DNA from: an uncultured Prevotella sp.
GTDB taxonomy: Bacteria > Bacteroidota > Bacteroidia > Bacteroidales > Bacteroidaceae
Direction: 5' to 3'
Assembly (NCBI GenBank): GCA_905234815.1
Contig: CAJOIX010000001.1
Location: 52,603 to 116,602, forward strand
Length of the DNA stretch: 64,000 nt
In this document: piece by piece, positions 19,421-29,341 of the stretch
Layout: each line of letters starts with the position of its first letter
Position numbering within the stretch: the stretch's first letter is position 1
Position numbers and translations under genes: made by a program
Notes under the pieces: model-generated
What the model was told of the DNA's origin: nothing
Seen by the model: only the letters and a program-made list of their open reading frames with translations
Database searches by the model: none

Positions 19421-20443
19421 TTGCTCTGCCTTGTTGAAAAGTAACTGGACGAGGTCATCGTGATGAAGATTCATGATGACCTCGTCTGTTTTTTGTGGTA
19501 GCATCCGACTGATTGCATCTTCGTTGTAGGGCTGTCCGATGAGCGGTTTGACAATGGTCGCATCGATATCGCCCAATACAAAGAAATCGCCTTGCAGGTT
19601 GATGTGGCTGATGTGGTCGCGGTGCAGTGTGATGCTGGCTTCCACCTGCCCTACGTTTTTGATGTAGGCCGATTGTTGTATGGTGTAATCGGCGGAGTCG
19701 CTCTGACTTGCAGGGACGGTTGAGCGGTGCGCGTGGTGAGGAAAGATAAAGTCGTCGCTGAGGTATTGTTTTTCTATTTCGCAGATGTCCTGCACGCTGT
19801 CGGGGCTTAGCATGAGCGTTTCGTTGCAGAGATATTGCTTAACGTGGGCAATAAATTGCTGTAGGGTGAGGTCGGTGTGGTTTTTCAGCAGTGTGATGTG
19901 TGCGCGAACGCTTTCCACTCCTTTGCGCTTGAGTTTCTCGGCCGGCGGAGTGATGGCAGCCATCATGTGTTCAGCACACGTGTCGTAGAGCATAGTGCCA
20001 TGCACAATGGCTCGCCCTGGCAGGTTGTAGAAGGCATTGCCTGACACTTTTTTTCCGTCGATGAGTATATCGTTTCTGCCGCTGGTGGTGGCAGCTATGC
20101 CGAGCTGCTGCAGTGTATCGGTCACCAGTGAGATGTAGCGGTGGAAGGTTGTTTCCACTTTTTTGCTGTGGGTGATATAACTGAACATCACGTTGCTTTG
20201 GTCGGCATAGACGCATCCGCCACCCGATTTGCGGCGGAAAATCTGGATGTGGTGCTGGCGGCAATAGTTGATGTTGACCTCGTTTTCAATTACCTGATTC
20301 CGTCCTGCAATGACCGATGGTTCCACCTGCCACATGAAGAAGCAATCGTCAGTGGTCTGCACCTGTCGGGCAACGTATTCTTCCATGGCAAGATAGAAGG
20401 ATACGCGGTGGGGGTGAGAGTCGGGCAGTGCGATGTAGCGCAT
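19415..20443 (-). CDS. lplA: Lipoate-protein ligase A family
   Basis: RRKSGGGCVYAD, GRNDILIDGKKVSGNA, HGTMLYD, C-terminal GDFF. Confidence 0.92.
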   Translation of the reverse strand: MRYIALPDSHPHRVSFYLAMEEYVARQVQTTDDCFFMWQVEPSVIAGRNQVIENEVNINYCRQHHIQIFRRKSGGGCVYADQSNVMFSYITHSKKVETTFHRYISLVTDTLQQLGIAATTSGRNDILIDGKKVSGNAFYNLPGRAIVHGTMLYDTCAEHMMAAITPPAEKLKRKGVESVRAHITLLKNHTDLTLQQFIAHVKQYLCNETLMLSPDSVQDICEIEKQYLSDDFIFPHHAHRSTVPASQSDSADYTIQQSAYIKNVGQVEASITLHRDHISHINLQGDFFVLGDIDATIVKPLIGQPYNEDAISRMLPQKTDEVIMNLHHDDLVQLLFNKAEQL

Positions 20444-20472
20444 AATGAGTTGAGAGAAGTAGGATTGCTCTA

Positions 20473-20501
20473 CAAAGATATGAAAAAAATAATTATCTTT
20501 G
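20473..20501. promoter_or_regulatory. Divergent overlapping promoters (lplA / oxidoreductase)
   Basis: CAAAGATA 20473-20480 (minus -7 box) and TATCTTTG 20494-20501 (plus -7 box). Confidence 0.7.
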
Positions 20502-20505
20502 CATC

Positions 20506-22140
20506 ATGATTAAGGAATTGCAACTTCGTGTATTGCCCGAGCAGGCTGCCTCTGACACGGCCCTGCGCGCCCTACTGGCCAAAGAGCAGGGCATAGACCC
20601 CGCAGCATTGCGCGATATTCGCGTGTTGAAGCGGTCTATAGATGCCCGTCATCGCACCATCTTTGTCAATCTCACGGTACGCCTGTATATCAACGAGGAA
20701 CCCGCCGACGATGTTTTTCTGCCTGTGGATTACCCCTCGGTCGAGGGCTGCCGCGAGGTGATTGTCGTAGGTGCTGGCCCGGGCGGACTCTTTGCAGCGC
20801 TCCGACTGATTGAGCTGGGCTTGCGGCCCATCGTAGTGGAGCGTGGCAAGGATGTGCACGAGCGGAAGAAAGACCTTGCGCTGATCAAATCGACTCAGGA
20901 GGTTGACGATGAGAGCAACTATTGTTTCGGCGAGGGCGGTGCCGGTGCTTACAGCGATGGTAAGCTCTACACTCGCTCGAAGAAACGCGGCTCGGTGGAG
21001 AAAATCTTGCGTGTCTTTTGTCAGCATGGGGCTTCTACCGCTATTCTGGCCGATGCTCATCCGCATATCGGCACTGACCGGCTTCCTGGCGTGATAGAAC
21101 AGATGCGGCATACGATATTGCGCTGTGGCGGCGAGGTGCATTTCCAAACGAAGATGACCCAGTTACTCCTGAGCAAAGGCACGACCGCTCAGGGCGGTGG
21201 AAGCGCTGCAACACGCTGCTGCGAGGGCATCGTGGCGGTTGATTTGCGCAACGGAAGCGAACGGGAATTTCGCGGTCCGGTGATATTGGCCACGGGCCAT
21301 TCCGCTCGCGATGTGTATCGCTATTTGGCCGCCGAACAGATAGATCTCGAGGCAAAAGGCATTGCCGTGGGTGTGCGTCTGGAGCATCCGTCGCATGTGA
21401 TTGACCAGATACAATACCATACGCCCGCAGGCCGTGGCCGGTACTTGCCGGCGGCAGAGTATTCGTTTGTGACGCAGGTTGATGGTCGCGGGGTATATTC
21501 CTTCTGTATGTGCCCTGGCGGATTTGTGATTCCTGCTGCCACCGGGCCGGAGCAGATAGTGGTGAACGGCATGAGTCCAGCCAGCCGCGGCACCCAGTGG
21601 AGCAATTCGGGCATGGTGGTCGAGGTGCGCCCCGAAGATGTGGATCAAATGGCCGACTGCGTGCCAGCCAAGGATGTGCCGTCACCGCTGCGGATGATGG
21701 CTTTCCAAGAGGCCTTGGAGCGGCAGACATGGTTGCAGGGCAACCGTAGGCAGACGGCTCCGGCGCAGCGCATGGCCGACTTCGTGAATGGGCGGTTGAG
21801 CTACGACCTGCCGCGCTCATCGTATGCCCCAGGCTTGATTTCGAGTCCGCTCCACTTTTGGTTACCTCCGTTCATTGCAGGCCGCTTGCAGCAAGGTTTC
21901 CGCCATTTCGGTCGGGCCAGTCATGGCTTTCTGACCAATCAGGCGGTGATGATTGGCACTGAGACGCGCACATCGTCGCCGGTGCGGATTCTGCGCGCAG
22001 CCGACACGCTGCAGCACATCACCCTCGGCGGATTGTACCCTTGTGGCGAGGGCGCAGGCTATGCCGGAGGAATCGTCTCGGCCGCCATCGACGGTGAGCG
22101 CTGTGCCGAGAAGGTGGCCGAAGCAATGCCTCAGCGATAA
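20506..22140 (+). CDS. FAD/NAD(P)-dependent oxidoreductase (uncharacterised flavoprotein family)
   Basis: VVGAGPGG, FGEGGAGAYSDGKL, FCMCPGG, ETRTSSP, GEGAGYAGGIVSAAIDG. Confidence 0.9.
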   Translation: MIKELQLRVLPEQAASDTALRALLAKEQGIDPAALRDIRVLKRSIDARHRTIFVNLTVRLYINEEPADDVFLPVDYPSVEGCREVIVVGAGPGGLFAALRLIELGLRPIVVERGKDVHERKKDLALIKSTQEVDDESNYCFGEGGAGAYSDGKLYTRSKKRGSVEKILRVFCQHGASTAILADAHPHIGTDRLPGVIEQMRHTILRCGGEVHFQTKMTQLLLSKGTTAQGGGSAATRCCEGIVAVDLRNGSEREFRGPVILATGHSARDVYRYLAAEQIDLEAKGIAVGVRLEHPSHVIDQIQYHTPAGRGRYLPAAEYSFVTQVDGRGVYSFCMCPGGFVIPAATGPEQIVVNGMSPASRGTQWSNSGMVVEVRPEDVDQMADCVPAKDVPSPLRMMAFQEALERQTWLQGNRRQTAPAQRMADFVNGRLSYDLPRSSYAPGLISSPLHFWLPPFIAGRLQQGFRHFGRASHGFLTNQAVMIGTETRTSSPVRILRAADTLQHITLGGLYPCGEGAGYAGGIVSAAIDGERCAEKVAEAMPQR

Positions 22141-22184
22141 ATTGCGTGTAGATTTTCAGATATAATTCTTTCAAATAGAGAAAA

Positions 22185-23654
22185 ATGTCCAGGCGTTTGA
22201 CACTGCGTTGCATGCTGGTGTTGGTTTCATTTTTGATAATGACCACCACCTATTGGGGCGAGAAGATTCCGCTCAAGGGCGGTGCTGGCTGGGACGGCGA
22301 GCAGTATCGCGAGTTGGTGCTGCACGTCGATGAAATGTTCTTTCAGGGCGAGATAGATGCGTATCATATGCATCGGGTCTTGCCCTTTGTTGTTTCTCAT
22401 GTGGCGCTGCGCCTTACAGGTCTGCCAGCGACTGCCGCGAACGCCATGGCGGTGACCATTGTGGTGAATCAGGTGGTGCTGTTGCTGGCCATGCTGGTGT
22501 TTTTCCGCCTCTCGTCGTTGCGCCAGTGGCGATTGCCAACGGAACTGATGGCCTTTGCTGCCGCGTTTTGGAATGTGGCGGTGCTGAAGGTGTTTGGCTA
22601 TTATCCCTTCCTCACCGACGAATTGGCCCTTCTGCTGTCGCTGTTGGCTGCCTGCCATTATTTTTCGGCTAAGCGCCTGTGGCTGTTGGCCGATGGACTG
22701 CTGGCCATGCTGACATGGCCTGCGTTGAGTGTGGTGGTCTTTCTCTTGCTGGTATTTCCCGCTCCGCTGGAGGCGCACCGTGCACGCTCGGGTGGCTTGC
22801 CCGCAGGCCAGTGGCTGCGCTGGGTGGGTGTGGTGTTTTATCCGTTGCTCTTCCTGGCCTTTATATACTATAAGGTACGCGTGCACGGGGACATCCCCTT
22901 CGCCGAGATGTTCACCCTCCGTCCGGCGCGGAGTGCGTTGTGGGCTGCGGTGGCCACGGCTGTGGTGCCGGTGTTCTATTGGTGGGCTTTGCGCCCGCTG
23001 AGCGCTGTTCGCCTTTCGCTGGGACAGATGCCTTGGCGGCGCGTGGTGCTGGGAACGGCGGTGTTCGTCATTCTGTATAAACTGACGGAGTGGGGGAGCG
23101 GCGTGAGTGGTTTCACCATGGCACAGGAACTGGGTCAGATAGCCCAGCTGCCAGCCAGCGATGTGCTTGTGTTTCTGGAGACTCCTTTCATCTATTGGGG
23201 ACCGTTCTTCCTGCTGTTGCTCTGCCTGTGGCCGATGTGGCTGCGGCGGGTGGCCGAACAAGAGTCGATGGGCTATCTCCTGACGGCGGTTTTCTTCATA
23301 TTTTTTTTGGTCGATATAGAAACGCGCAAGCACGTGATGTTTTTCCCCTTCCTGCTGGTTCCGCTCATGGACGAGGTTGATCGCCTGCAGCTGCGGCGAT
23401 GGGTGTCCGGTGCGTTTGTAGCGCTTTCGCTATTGATGGCCGCCTGGTGGTATCCGTGGAACCAAGCGGGCATGGCCGAGGCGTTGAATACGTACGAATT
23501 GCGCTGCTACCTGCAGTTTCCTGCCCAGTGGTATTTCATGTTTCAAGGGCCCTGGCAGGGGCATCTGGCCTATGCCATATCGCTTGCTGCGGAAGCGGGT
23601 CTGCTGGTGGGAATTTATCTCTTAAATCGGGGTGGTTTATTAACCAAAAAGTAA
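22185..23654 (+). CDS. Polytopic membrane protein, possible GT-C-fold glycosyltransferase
   Basis: About 12 hydrophobic segments; GWDGEQY and HRVLP in the first loop, PFLTDE, ETRK. Confidence 0.6.
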   Translation: MSRRLTLRCMLVLVSFLIMTTTYWGEKIPLKGGAGWDGEQYRELVLHVDEMFFQGEIDAYHMHRVLPFVVSHVALRLTGLPATAANAMAVTIVVNQVVLLLAMLVFFRLSSLRQWRLPTELMAFAAAFWNVAVLKVFGYYPFLTDELALLLSLLAACHYFSAKRLWLLADGLLAMLTWPALSVVVFLLLVFPAPLEAHRARSGGLPAGQWLRWVGVVFYPLLFLAFIYYKVRVHGDIPFAEMFTLRPARSALWAAVATAVVPVFYWWALRPLSAVRLSLGQMPWRRVVLGTAVFVILYKLTEWGSGVSGFTMAQELGQIAQLPASDVLVFLETPFIYWGPFFLLLLCLWPMWLRRVAEQESMGYLLTAVFFIFFLVDIETRKHVMFFPFLLVPLMDEVDRLQLRRWVSGAFVALSLLMAAWWYPWNQAGMAEALNTYELRCYLQFPAQWYFMFQGPWQGHLAYAISLAAEAGLLVGIYLLNRGGLLTKK

Positions 23655-23733
23655 AAGCTATCCTTTTGGCTTGCAAAAGGATAGCTTTTGGCGTTCAAAA
23701 GGATAGCTTTCGGAGGGCGAAAGCTATGCTTTT
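23653..23733. repeat. 22-bp-period ladder, copy B (4 units)
   Basis: Units at 23653, 23675, 23697, 23719 with centres CTATC, GATAG, GATAG, CTATG. Confidence 0.9.
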
Positions 23734-23769
23734 AGAATGGTGTTTGTAACTGATTGAAAATCAGCTTTT

Positions 23770-25185
23770 TTATTTTGTTGTTTTGTGGGATACGAGCATA
23801 TTCTTTGGGTTGAGTGCTTGGTCGAGCTCTTCTTTGGTCATGAGTTTTTGCTCGAGCACAATGTCGTAAACGGAGCGGTTTGTTTCGAGTGCTTCCTTTG
23901 CGACTTTTGTGCAGGTTTTGTATCCGATGTATGGGTTGAGTGCGGTTACGATTCCGATGGAGTTTTTCACCATCTCGTAGCAATGCTCTTTGTTTACGGT
24001 AATGCCTTCGATGCACTCTTTGGTGAGGGTGTTGATGGCATTTCTCAGCCATGTGATGCTCTCAATGATAGACTCGGTGATGACGGGTTCCATGACATTA
24101 AGCTGGAGTTGTCCGGCTTCTGCTGCGAAGTTGACGGTGGTGTCGTTGCCAATGACTTTGAAGCATACTTGGTTGGTCACTTCGGGAATGACGGGGTTGA
24201 CCTTACCGGGCATGATGCTTGAGCCGGGCGCTTTGGCAGGCAGATTGATTTCGTGGAGTCCGCATCGTGGTCCACTGGCCATGAGTCGGAGGTCGTTGCA
24301 TATTTTTGAGAGTTTGATGGCGAGTCGCTTGAGCGCTCCCGAGTAGGATACGTATGCTCCGGTGTCGGGTGTTGCTTCGACGAGGTCGCTTGCTGCGACG
24401 AATGGTTCGCCTGTGAGTTTGGCCAGCCGGTCGGCACAGATTTCGGGGAATCCCGGCTCGGCATTCAGACCAGTACCAATAGCCGTTCCGCCCATGTTGA
24501 TTTCGTGCAGCAGTTTTACGTTGCGGTCGAGGTTGAGGATTTCTTCGGCGAGGTTGTTGGCGTAGGCGTTGAACTCTTGTCCGCTGGTCATGGGCACAGC
24601 GTCTTGCAGCTGTGTGCGTCCCATCTTGATAACGTCTTTGAATTCCTCACCTTTGATGCGCAGAGCGGTGATGAGTGCGGTGAGTGCTTCAACGAGCGAT
24701 TTGTTCATTCGAATCATGGTGAGACGGATGGTTGTGGGATAGACGTCGTTGGTTGATTGTCCGCAGTTGACGTGGTCGTTGGGATAGCAGTATTGGTATT
24801 CTCCGCGCTGGTGTCCGAGTATTTCGAGTGCTCGGTTGGCAATGACTTCGTTGGCATTCATATTGACAGATGTGCCGGCTCCGCCCTGCATCATATCGAC
24901 GGGGAACTGATCGTGCATCTTGCCGTCGATGATTTCTTCGCAGGCTTGGCTGATGGCGGCGGTAATCTCGTCGTTGATTACTCCGAGCTGGTGGTTGGTC
25001 TGCACGGCGGCCAGTTTTACGTAGGCAATGGCGATGACATAGTCGGGATAGTCGCTCATTTTTTTGCGCGAGATGTGGTAGTTGTTCAGCGCGCGCTGTG
25101 TCTGTACGCCATAATATGCCTCGGCGGGCACTTGGAGTTCACCCAGAAGGTCGGACTCTACACGGAATTTCTTGTTTGTTTCCAT
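23770..25185 (-). CDS. aspA: Aspartate ammonia-lyase
   Basis: QGGAGTSVNMNANEV, GRTQLQDAVP, GSSIMPGKVNP, AGQLQLNVMEP. Confidence 0.96.
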   Translation of the reverse strand: METNKKFRVESDLLGELQVPAEAYYGVQTQRALNNYHISRKKMSDYPDYVIAIAYVKLAAVQTNHQLGVINDEITAAISQACEEIIDGKMHDQFPVDMMQGGAGTSVNMNANEVIANRALEILGHQRGEYQYCYPNDHVNCGQSTNDVYPTTIRLTMIRMNKSLVEALTALITALRIKGEEFKDVIKMGRTQLQDAVPMTSGQEFNAYANNLAEEILNLDRNVKLLHEINMGGTAIGTGLNAEPGFPEICADRLAKLTGEPFVAASDLVEATPDTGAYVSYSGALKRLAIKLSKICNDLRLMASGPRCGLHEINLPAKAPGSSIMPGKVNPVIPEVTNQVCFKVIGNDTTVNFAAEAGQLQLNVMEPVITESIIESITWLRNAINTLTKECIEGITVNKEHCYEMVKNSIGIVTALNPYIGYKTCTKVAKEALETNRSVYDIVLEQKLMTKEELDQALNPKNMLVSHKTTK

Positions 25186-25197
25186 AGTTGTATGATT

Positions 25198-25875
25198 TTA
25201 TAGTTTTTCGATTTCTATTACTCTGAGTTCATTGTTGTTGACCGAGAAGCGGACATTGTGGCGGGCAAAGGCCATTCCGTAGAGCTTTGTCGGGTCGTTG
25301 TGATAGTGTGGTCGCGGGTCTTCGGCCAAGACTTTCTTCAGTGCGAGCAGCTCTTGCGGTGTGAAATTGTCGGCGGCGGATGCGGGCAGTATCACGTTGA
25401 GGGGCAATAGCTGGTGGCTGTCAACGAATCCTGATTGTGCGTCGGGGTGTGCATCGGCATAGACAATGTAGGGCTTGATGTCGATGATGGGTGTGCCGTC
25501 CATGAGGTCGGCTCCGCCTATGTGGAGCACCGGCCCTTGGGGTGTGTCCCAGTCAACATGAATCAACCGCACGCAGGAGAGCCCGATGGGGTTCGGTCGG
25601 AACGGCGACCGCGAAGCAAAGACGCCCACTCGCTCGTTGCCACCCAGCCGCGGCGGGCGTACGAGCGGGGAATGGGCTGCATGGGGATTGGCTGAAAACT
25701 CCCAGAGCAGCCAAAGGCGGTCGAACGCTTCAATGCCGCGCAGGTAGTCGGGCTGGCGAAAAGCGGGCTCGAAGACGATGGTGCCCTCAAGCTCTTCTAC
25801 CAGACCGCTCTGCTTCGGAATACCAAATTTGGATGGGAAGGGCGACTGGAAATGTGCTATTGTCTGTAATTTCAT
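25198..25875 (-). CDS. trmO: tRNA (N6-threonylcarbamoyladenosine(37)-N6)-methyltransferase
   Basis: SPFPSKFGIPKQ, GVFASRSPFRPNPIGLS, DLMDGTPIIDIKPY. Confidence 0.93.
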   Translation of the reverse strand: MKLQTIAHFQSPFPSKFGIPKQSGLVEELEGTIVFEPAFRQPDYLRGIEAFDRLWLLWEFSANPHAAHSPLVRPPRLGGNERVGVFASRSPFRPNPIGLSCVRLIHVDWDTPQGPVLHIGGADLMDGTPIIDIKPYIVYADAHPDAQSGFVDSHQLLPLNVILPASAADNFTPQELLALKKVLAEDPRPHYHNDPTKLYGMAFARHNVRFSVNNNELRVIEIEKL

Positions 25876-25919
25876 CGTCGATGAAAAACATTCTCGCTGC
25901 GAAGATACGATAAAAAATT

Positions 25920-25960
25920 AAGAATGTAAAAATGTAAGAATGTAAAAATGGGAGAATGTA
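25920..25960. repeat. Octamer tandem repeat AA(G/A)AATGT x~5 in a divergent promoter region
   Basis: aagaatgt aaaaatgt aagaatgt aaaaatgg gagaatgt. Confidence 0.75.
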
Positions 25961-26003
25961 GGAATTTTAAAAAAAATATAGTACCTTCGCGGGTGAATAG
26001 GTT

Positions 26004-26834
26004 ATGAAAGTCTTTATGAATTTTCCGCATATATCTAAAACTCGATATTTACAAGGCTTTTGCGTGGTTGTGCTCATCCTGGCCATTGTGCGATGCAACA
26101 GCGACCGAAAGCAATCTCCAGCGCAGGAAAGTGCAGTTACCGATACGCTGACCACTGAAATCTCGGTAACAGAAACGGCCGTTGCCGACAGCATGACACA
26201 GGTTGGCGAACTGCCCAAATTGGTTGCACAGGAAGGGACATCCATCTGGAGCGACCCAACGGTGGGGCATCACCGGATATACAGTGTGCCAAGCTATGCT
26301 GAGGAGTTTCCCGATACGAATGCCTTGCAGATGACGGCTGCGCACAAGTGGGGCATACGGCCCGTGCAGAACCGCGAAGAGGCAGAGCGGCGCAAGTCAG
26401 AGCTCGTGTATGTCGGGAGCAATCCGTATTTTGAAGTGGAACGACTCTACCGGAGTATTCCCTATCTCGTTCCGCGTGCCGCCGTGTTGCTGCAAGACAT
26501 TGGCCGCAGTTTTGCCGACAGTCTCTATATGAAAGGCGTGCCTCTGCACAAAATCATTGTGACGAGTGTGACGCGAACGAAGGAGGATGTGCAGCGACTG
26601 CGCCGCTATAACCACAATGCCACGGAGAATTCCTGCCATATGTATGGCACGACCTTCGATATATCGTACAACCGCTACCGTACAGTGGAAACACGCGAAG
26701 AGCCACGCCGCGCCGTGCGGAACGACTCGCTGAAGTTCATCCTCTCTGAAGTGCTTCGCGATCAGCGCAACCTGGGCAAGTGTTACATTAAATACGAACG
26801 GAAACAGGGCTGTTTCCACATTACTGTGAGATAA
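26004..26834 (+). CDS. DUF5715-like protein, membrane-anchored, peptidase M15-like motifs
   Basis: SIPYLVPRA, VTSVTRT, SCHMYGTTFDI, KYERKQGCFHITVR. Confidence 0.75.
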   Translation: MKVFMNFPHISKTRYLQGFCVVVLILAIVRCNSDRKQSPAQESAVTDTLTTEISVTETAVADSMTQVGELPKLVAQEGTSIWSDPTVGHHRIYSVPSYAEEFPDTNALQMTAAHKWGIRPVQNREEAERRKSELVYVGSNPYFEVERLYRSIPYLVPRAAVLLQDIGRSFADSLYMKGVPLHKIIVTSVTRTKEDVQRLRRYNHNATENSCHMYGTTFDISYNRYRTVETREEPRRAVRNDSLKFILSEVLRDQRNLGKCYIKYERKQGCFHITVR

Positions 26835-26895
26835 AATCACTACACCTTCTTTTCGTGCCGCTGAGGGCTGAACAGGAAGGGTAGGCCTCAAGAAT

Positions 26896-27840
26896 ATGAA
26901 CGAACGCCATTTCATCCTCGACGAGATTGACCCACAGCTGTTCTACGGTGTGGGCAATAGCCACATGCAGATGCTCAAATCGCTCTATCCGAAACTGCGG
27001 CTGACGGCTCGCGGAAGCGTTGTCAAAGCCCTTGGCGATGAGCAAGAACTGCAGCGATTCGCGCAAACCGTGGAACACATCACGAACCACATCAGTCGCT
27101 TCAACACCATCAGCGAGGCGGATATCATTGACATTTTCAATGGTCATCCCTCGAAAGATGAGGCTGTGAAAGGGGTTGTGGTCTATTCCACATCGGGCAC
27201 CCCCATCAAAGCACGCTCGGAAAACCAGCAGCGGCTCATAGATGCTTACCACGAGAGCGATATGATTTTTGCCGTCGGTCCAGCCGGAACCGGCAAGACC
27301 TATCTGGCTATTGCGCTGGCCGTGAAAGCGCTCAAAGAGAAAACGGCCAAGCGGATTGTGCTCTCGCGACCAGCGGTTGAGGCTGGCGAGAAGTTAGGAT
27401 TTCTGCCCGGCGACATGAAGGATAAGATAGATCCGTATCTGCAGCCACTCTACGATGCGCTGGAAGATATGATACCCGCTGCCAAGCTACAGGACATGAT
27501 GGAGAAGCACATTATACAAATAGCACCGCTGGCCTTCATGCGCGGCAGAACTTTGAACGATGCCGTGGTGATTCTCGATGAGGCGCAGAACACGACCGGC
27601 GCACAGATAAAAATGTTTCTCACACGCATGGGGTGGAACTCGAAGATGATTATCACTGGCGATATGACTCAGGTAGATTTGCCGCACGACAAAAAGAGCG
27701 GACTGCGCGAAGCCATCACCATACTCAATGGCGTGGAAGGAATCTCAATCATCAACCTCACGCAGCAAGATGTGGTAAGACACCGACTGGTGAGCCGTGT
27801 GGTGGAGGCTTGGGACAAATACGATAAGGGAAATGTATAA
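26896..27840 (+). CDS. phoH: PhoH family ATPase
   Basis: GPAGTGKT, RPAVEAGEKLGFLPG, AFMRGRT, LDEAQN, DVVRH. Confidence 0.95.
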   Translation: MNERHFILDEIDPQLFYGVGNSHMQMLKSLYPKLRLTARGSVVKALGDEQELQRFAQTVEHITNHISRFNTISEADIIDIFNGHPSKDEAVKGVVVYSTSGTPIKARSENQQRLIDAYHESDMIFAVGPAGTGKTYLAIALAVKALKEKTAKRIVLSRPAVEAGEKLGFLPGDMKDKIDPYLQPLYDALEDMIPAAKLQDMMEKHIIQIAPLAFMRGRTLNDAVVILDEAQNTTGAQIKMFLTRMGWNSKMIITGDMTQVDLPHDKKSGLREAITILNGVEGISIINLTQQDVVRHRLVSRVVEAWDKYDKGNV

Positions 27841-28582
27841 GCAAGAAGAGATAAAACCCTACTCAGAGAAAGGCGAAAAAGCCGTTCAGGTGGAGCAGAT
27901 GTTCAATCATATCGCTCCCACTTACGACACGCTGAACCACCGGCTCTCGTGGAACATAGACCGCTACTGGCGGCGGAGGCTCATCAAGTCGATTCCCCGC
28001 AGTGCGGACAATCGCTCGGCGCTTGCGATACTTGATGTGGCTACCGGAACTGGCGATTTGGCCATCAGCATGGGGCAAGCATTTCCAGAAGCGAAAATCA
28101 CGGGTGTGGATTTGGCAGAGGGAATGTTGACCGTGGCAGAAAAAAAAGCTGAAGAGAAGCATCTTCAAGACCGGTTGTCGTTTCAGAAAGACGATGCCCT
28201 GAATCTTTCTTTCGCCGAAAATAGCTTCAATGTGGTGACAGCCGCGTTCGGCATCAGAAACTTCCAGGAACTGAACAAGGGGCTCAGCGAAATGTATCGT
28301 GTGCTGAAGCCTGGCGGACACCTTCGCATAATCGAACTGACCACGCCAGTGAGTTTCCCTATGCGTTGGCTCTTTTGGATTTATTCCCACACGCTGCTAC
28401 CCCTGTATGGGCGAATGTTGTCGAAGGATGCGAGCGCTTACAGTTATCTCACCGCCACGATCGAGGCTTTTCCGCAAGGAAAAAAGATGATGGAAATTCT
28501 TCAATCGGCCGGATTTACGCACACTGCCTTCCGACGACTCACATTCGGTATCTGCACGCTTTATATGGCCGAGAAGCAGTGA
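27833..28582 (+). CDS. menG: Demethylmenaquinone methyltransferase
   Basis: MFNHIAPTYDTLNH, LDVATGTGD, FGIRN, RVLKPGG, AYSYL. Confidence 0.93.
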   Translation: MYKQEEIKPYSEKGEKAVQVEQMFNHIAPTYDTLNHRLSWNIDRYWRRRLIKSIPRSADNRSALAILDVATGTGDLAISMGQAFPEAKITGVDLAEGMLTVAEKKAEEKHLQDRLSFQKDDALNLSFAENSFNVVTAAFGIRNFQELNKGLSEMYRVLKPGGHLRIIELTTPVSFPMRWLFWIYSHTLLPLYGRMLSKDASAYSYLTATIEAFPQGKKMMEILQSAGFTHTAFRRLTFGICTLYMAEKQ

Positions 28583-28600
28583 GCTTATAATTTTCAACCT

Positions 28601-29341
28601 ATGAATAGAGTTTACGGACTTGTTGGCTATCCGTTGAAACATTCGTTTTCGGCACGTTTTTTCAACGATAAGTTCCATCGTGAAGGCATCGATGCTGAGT
28701 ATCATAATTTTGAGTTGGAAGATATAGGCCTGTTGCCTGAGTTGTTGCAACAGGAGAAAAACATCTGTGGGCTGAATGTAACGATACCCTACAAAGAAAA
28801 AATCATTCCCCTGCTTACCAGTGTTTCGCCCGAGGCGCAGTCTGTCGGAGCCGTCAATGTGGTGCAGATAGAGCGTGACGGTGAAGCCGTTCGGCTGCAG
28901 GGCCACAACACCGATGTGATTGGTTTCAGAAAAAGTATAGAACCGCTGCTGCGTTCTACACATCAATCGGCACTCATTCTTGGAACTGGAGGGGCGGCGA
29001 AGGCCGTTGTGTTCGCCTTGAAGCAACTCGGATTGGCAACGCAATTAGTGAGCCGGACAGCCAAAGCCGGCTGCATGACTTATGGTGATTTGACACCTGA
29101 ACTGATGGGGCAGTACCAAGTGATTGTCAACTGCACGCCGCTGGGTATGTTTCCCCATGAAGACGGTTGTCCAGAGATTCCCTATGAAGCGATTTCCACG
29201 CAACATCTGCTTTACGATTTGGTGTATAATCCGGCGGAAACGCTCTTTCTCCGTCAGGGTAGGCAGCAAGGCGCCTTGACGAAAAATGGTCTTGAAATGC
29301 TCCACCTGCAAGCCCTTGCTTCGTGGCAGTTGTGGCGTTAA
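28601..29341 (+). CDS. aroE: Shikimate dehydrogenase
   Basis: HSFS, NVTIPYK, GAVN, NTDVIG, LGTGGAA, DLVYNP, GLEML. Confidence 0.95.
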   Translation: MNRVYGLVGYPLKHSFSARFFNDKFHREGIDAEYHNFELEDIGLLPELLQQEKNICGLNVTIPYKEKIIPLLTSVSPEAQSVGAVNVVQIERDGEAVRLQGHNTDVIGFRKSIEPLLRSTHQSALILGTGGAAKAVVFALKQLGLATQLVSRTAKAGCMTYGDLTPELMGQYQVIVNCTPLGMFPHEDGCPEIPYEAISTQHLLYDLVYNPAETLFLRQGRQQGALTKNGLEMLHLQALASWQLWR

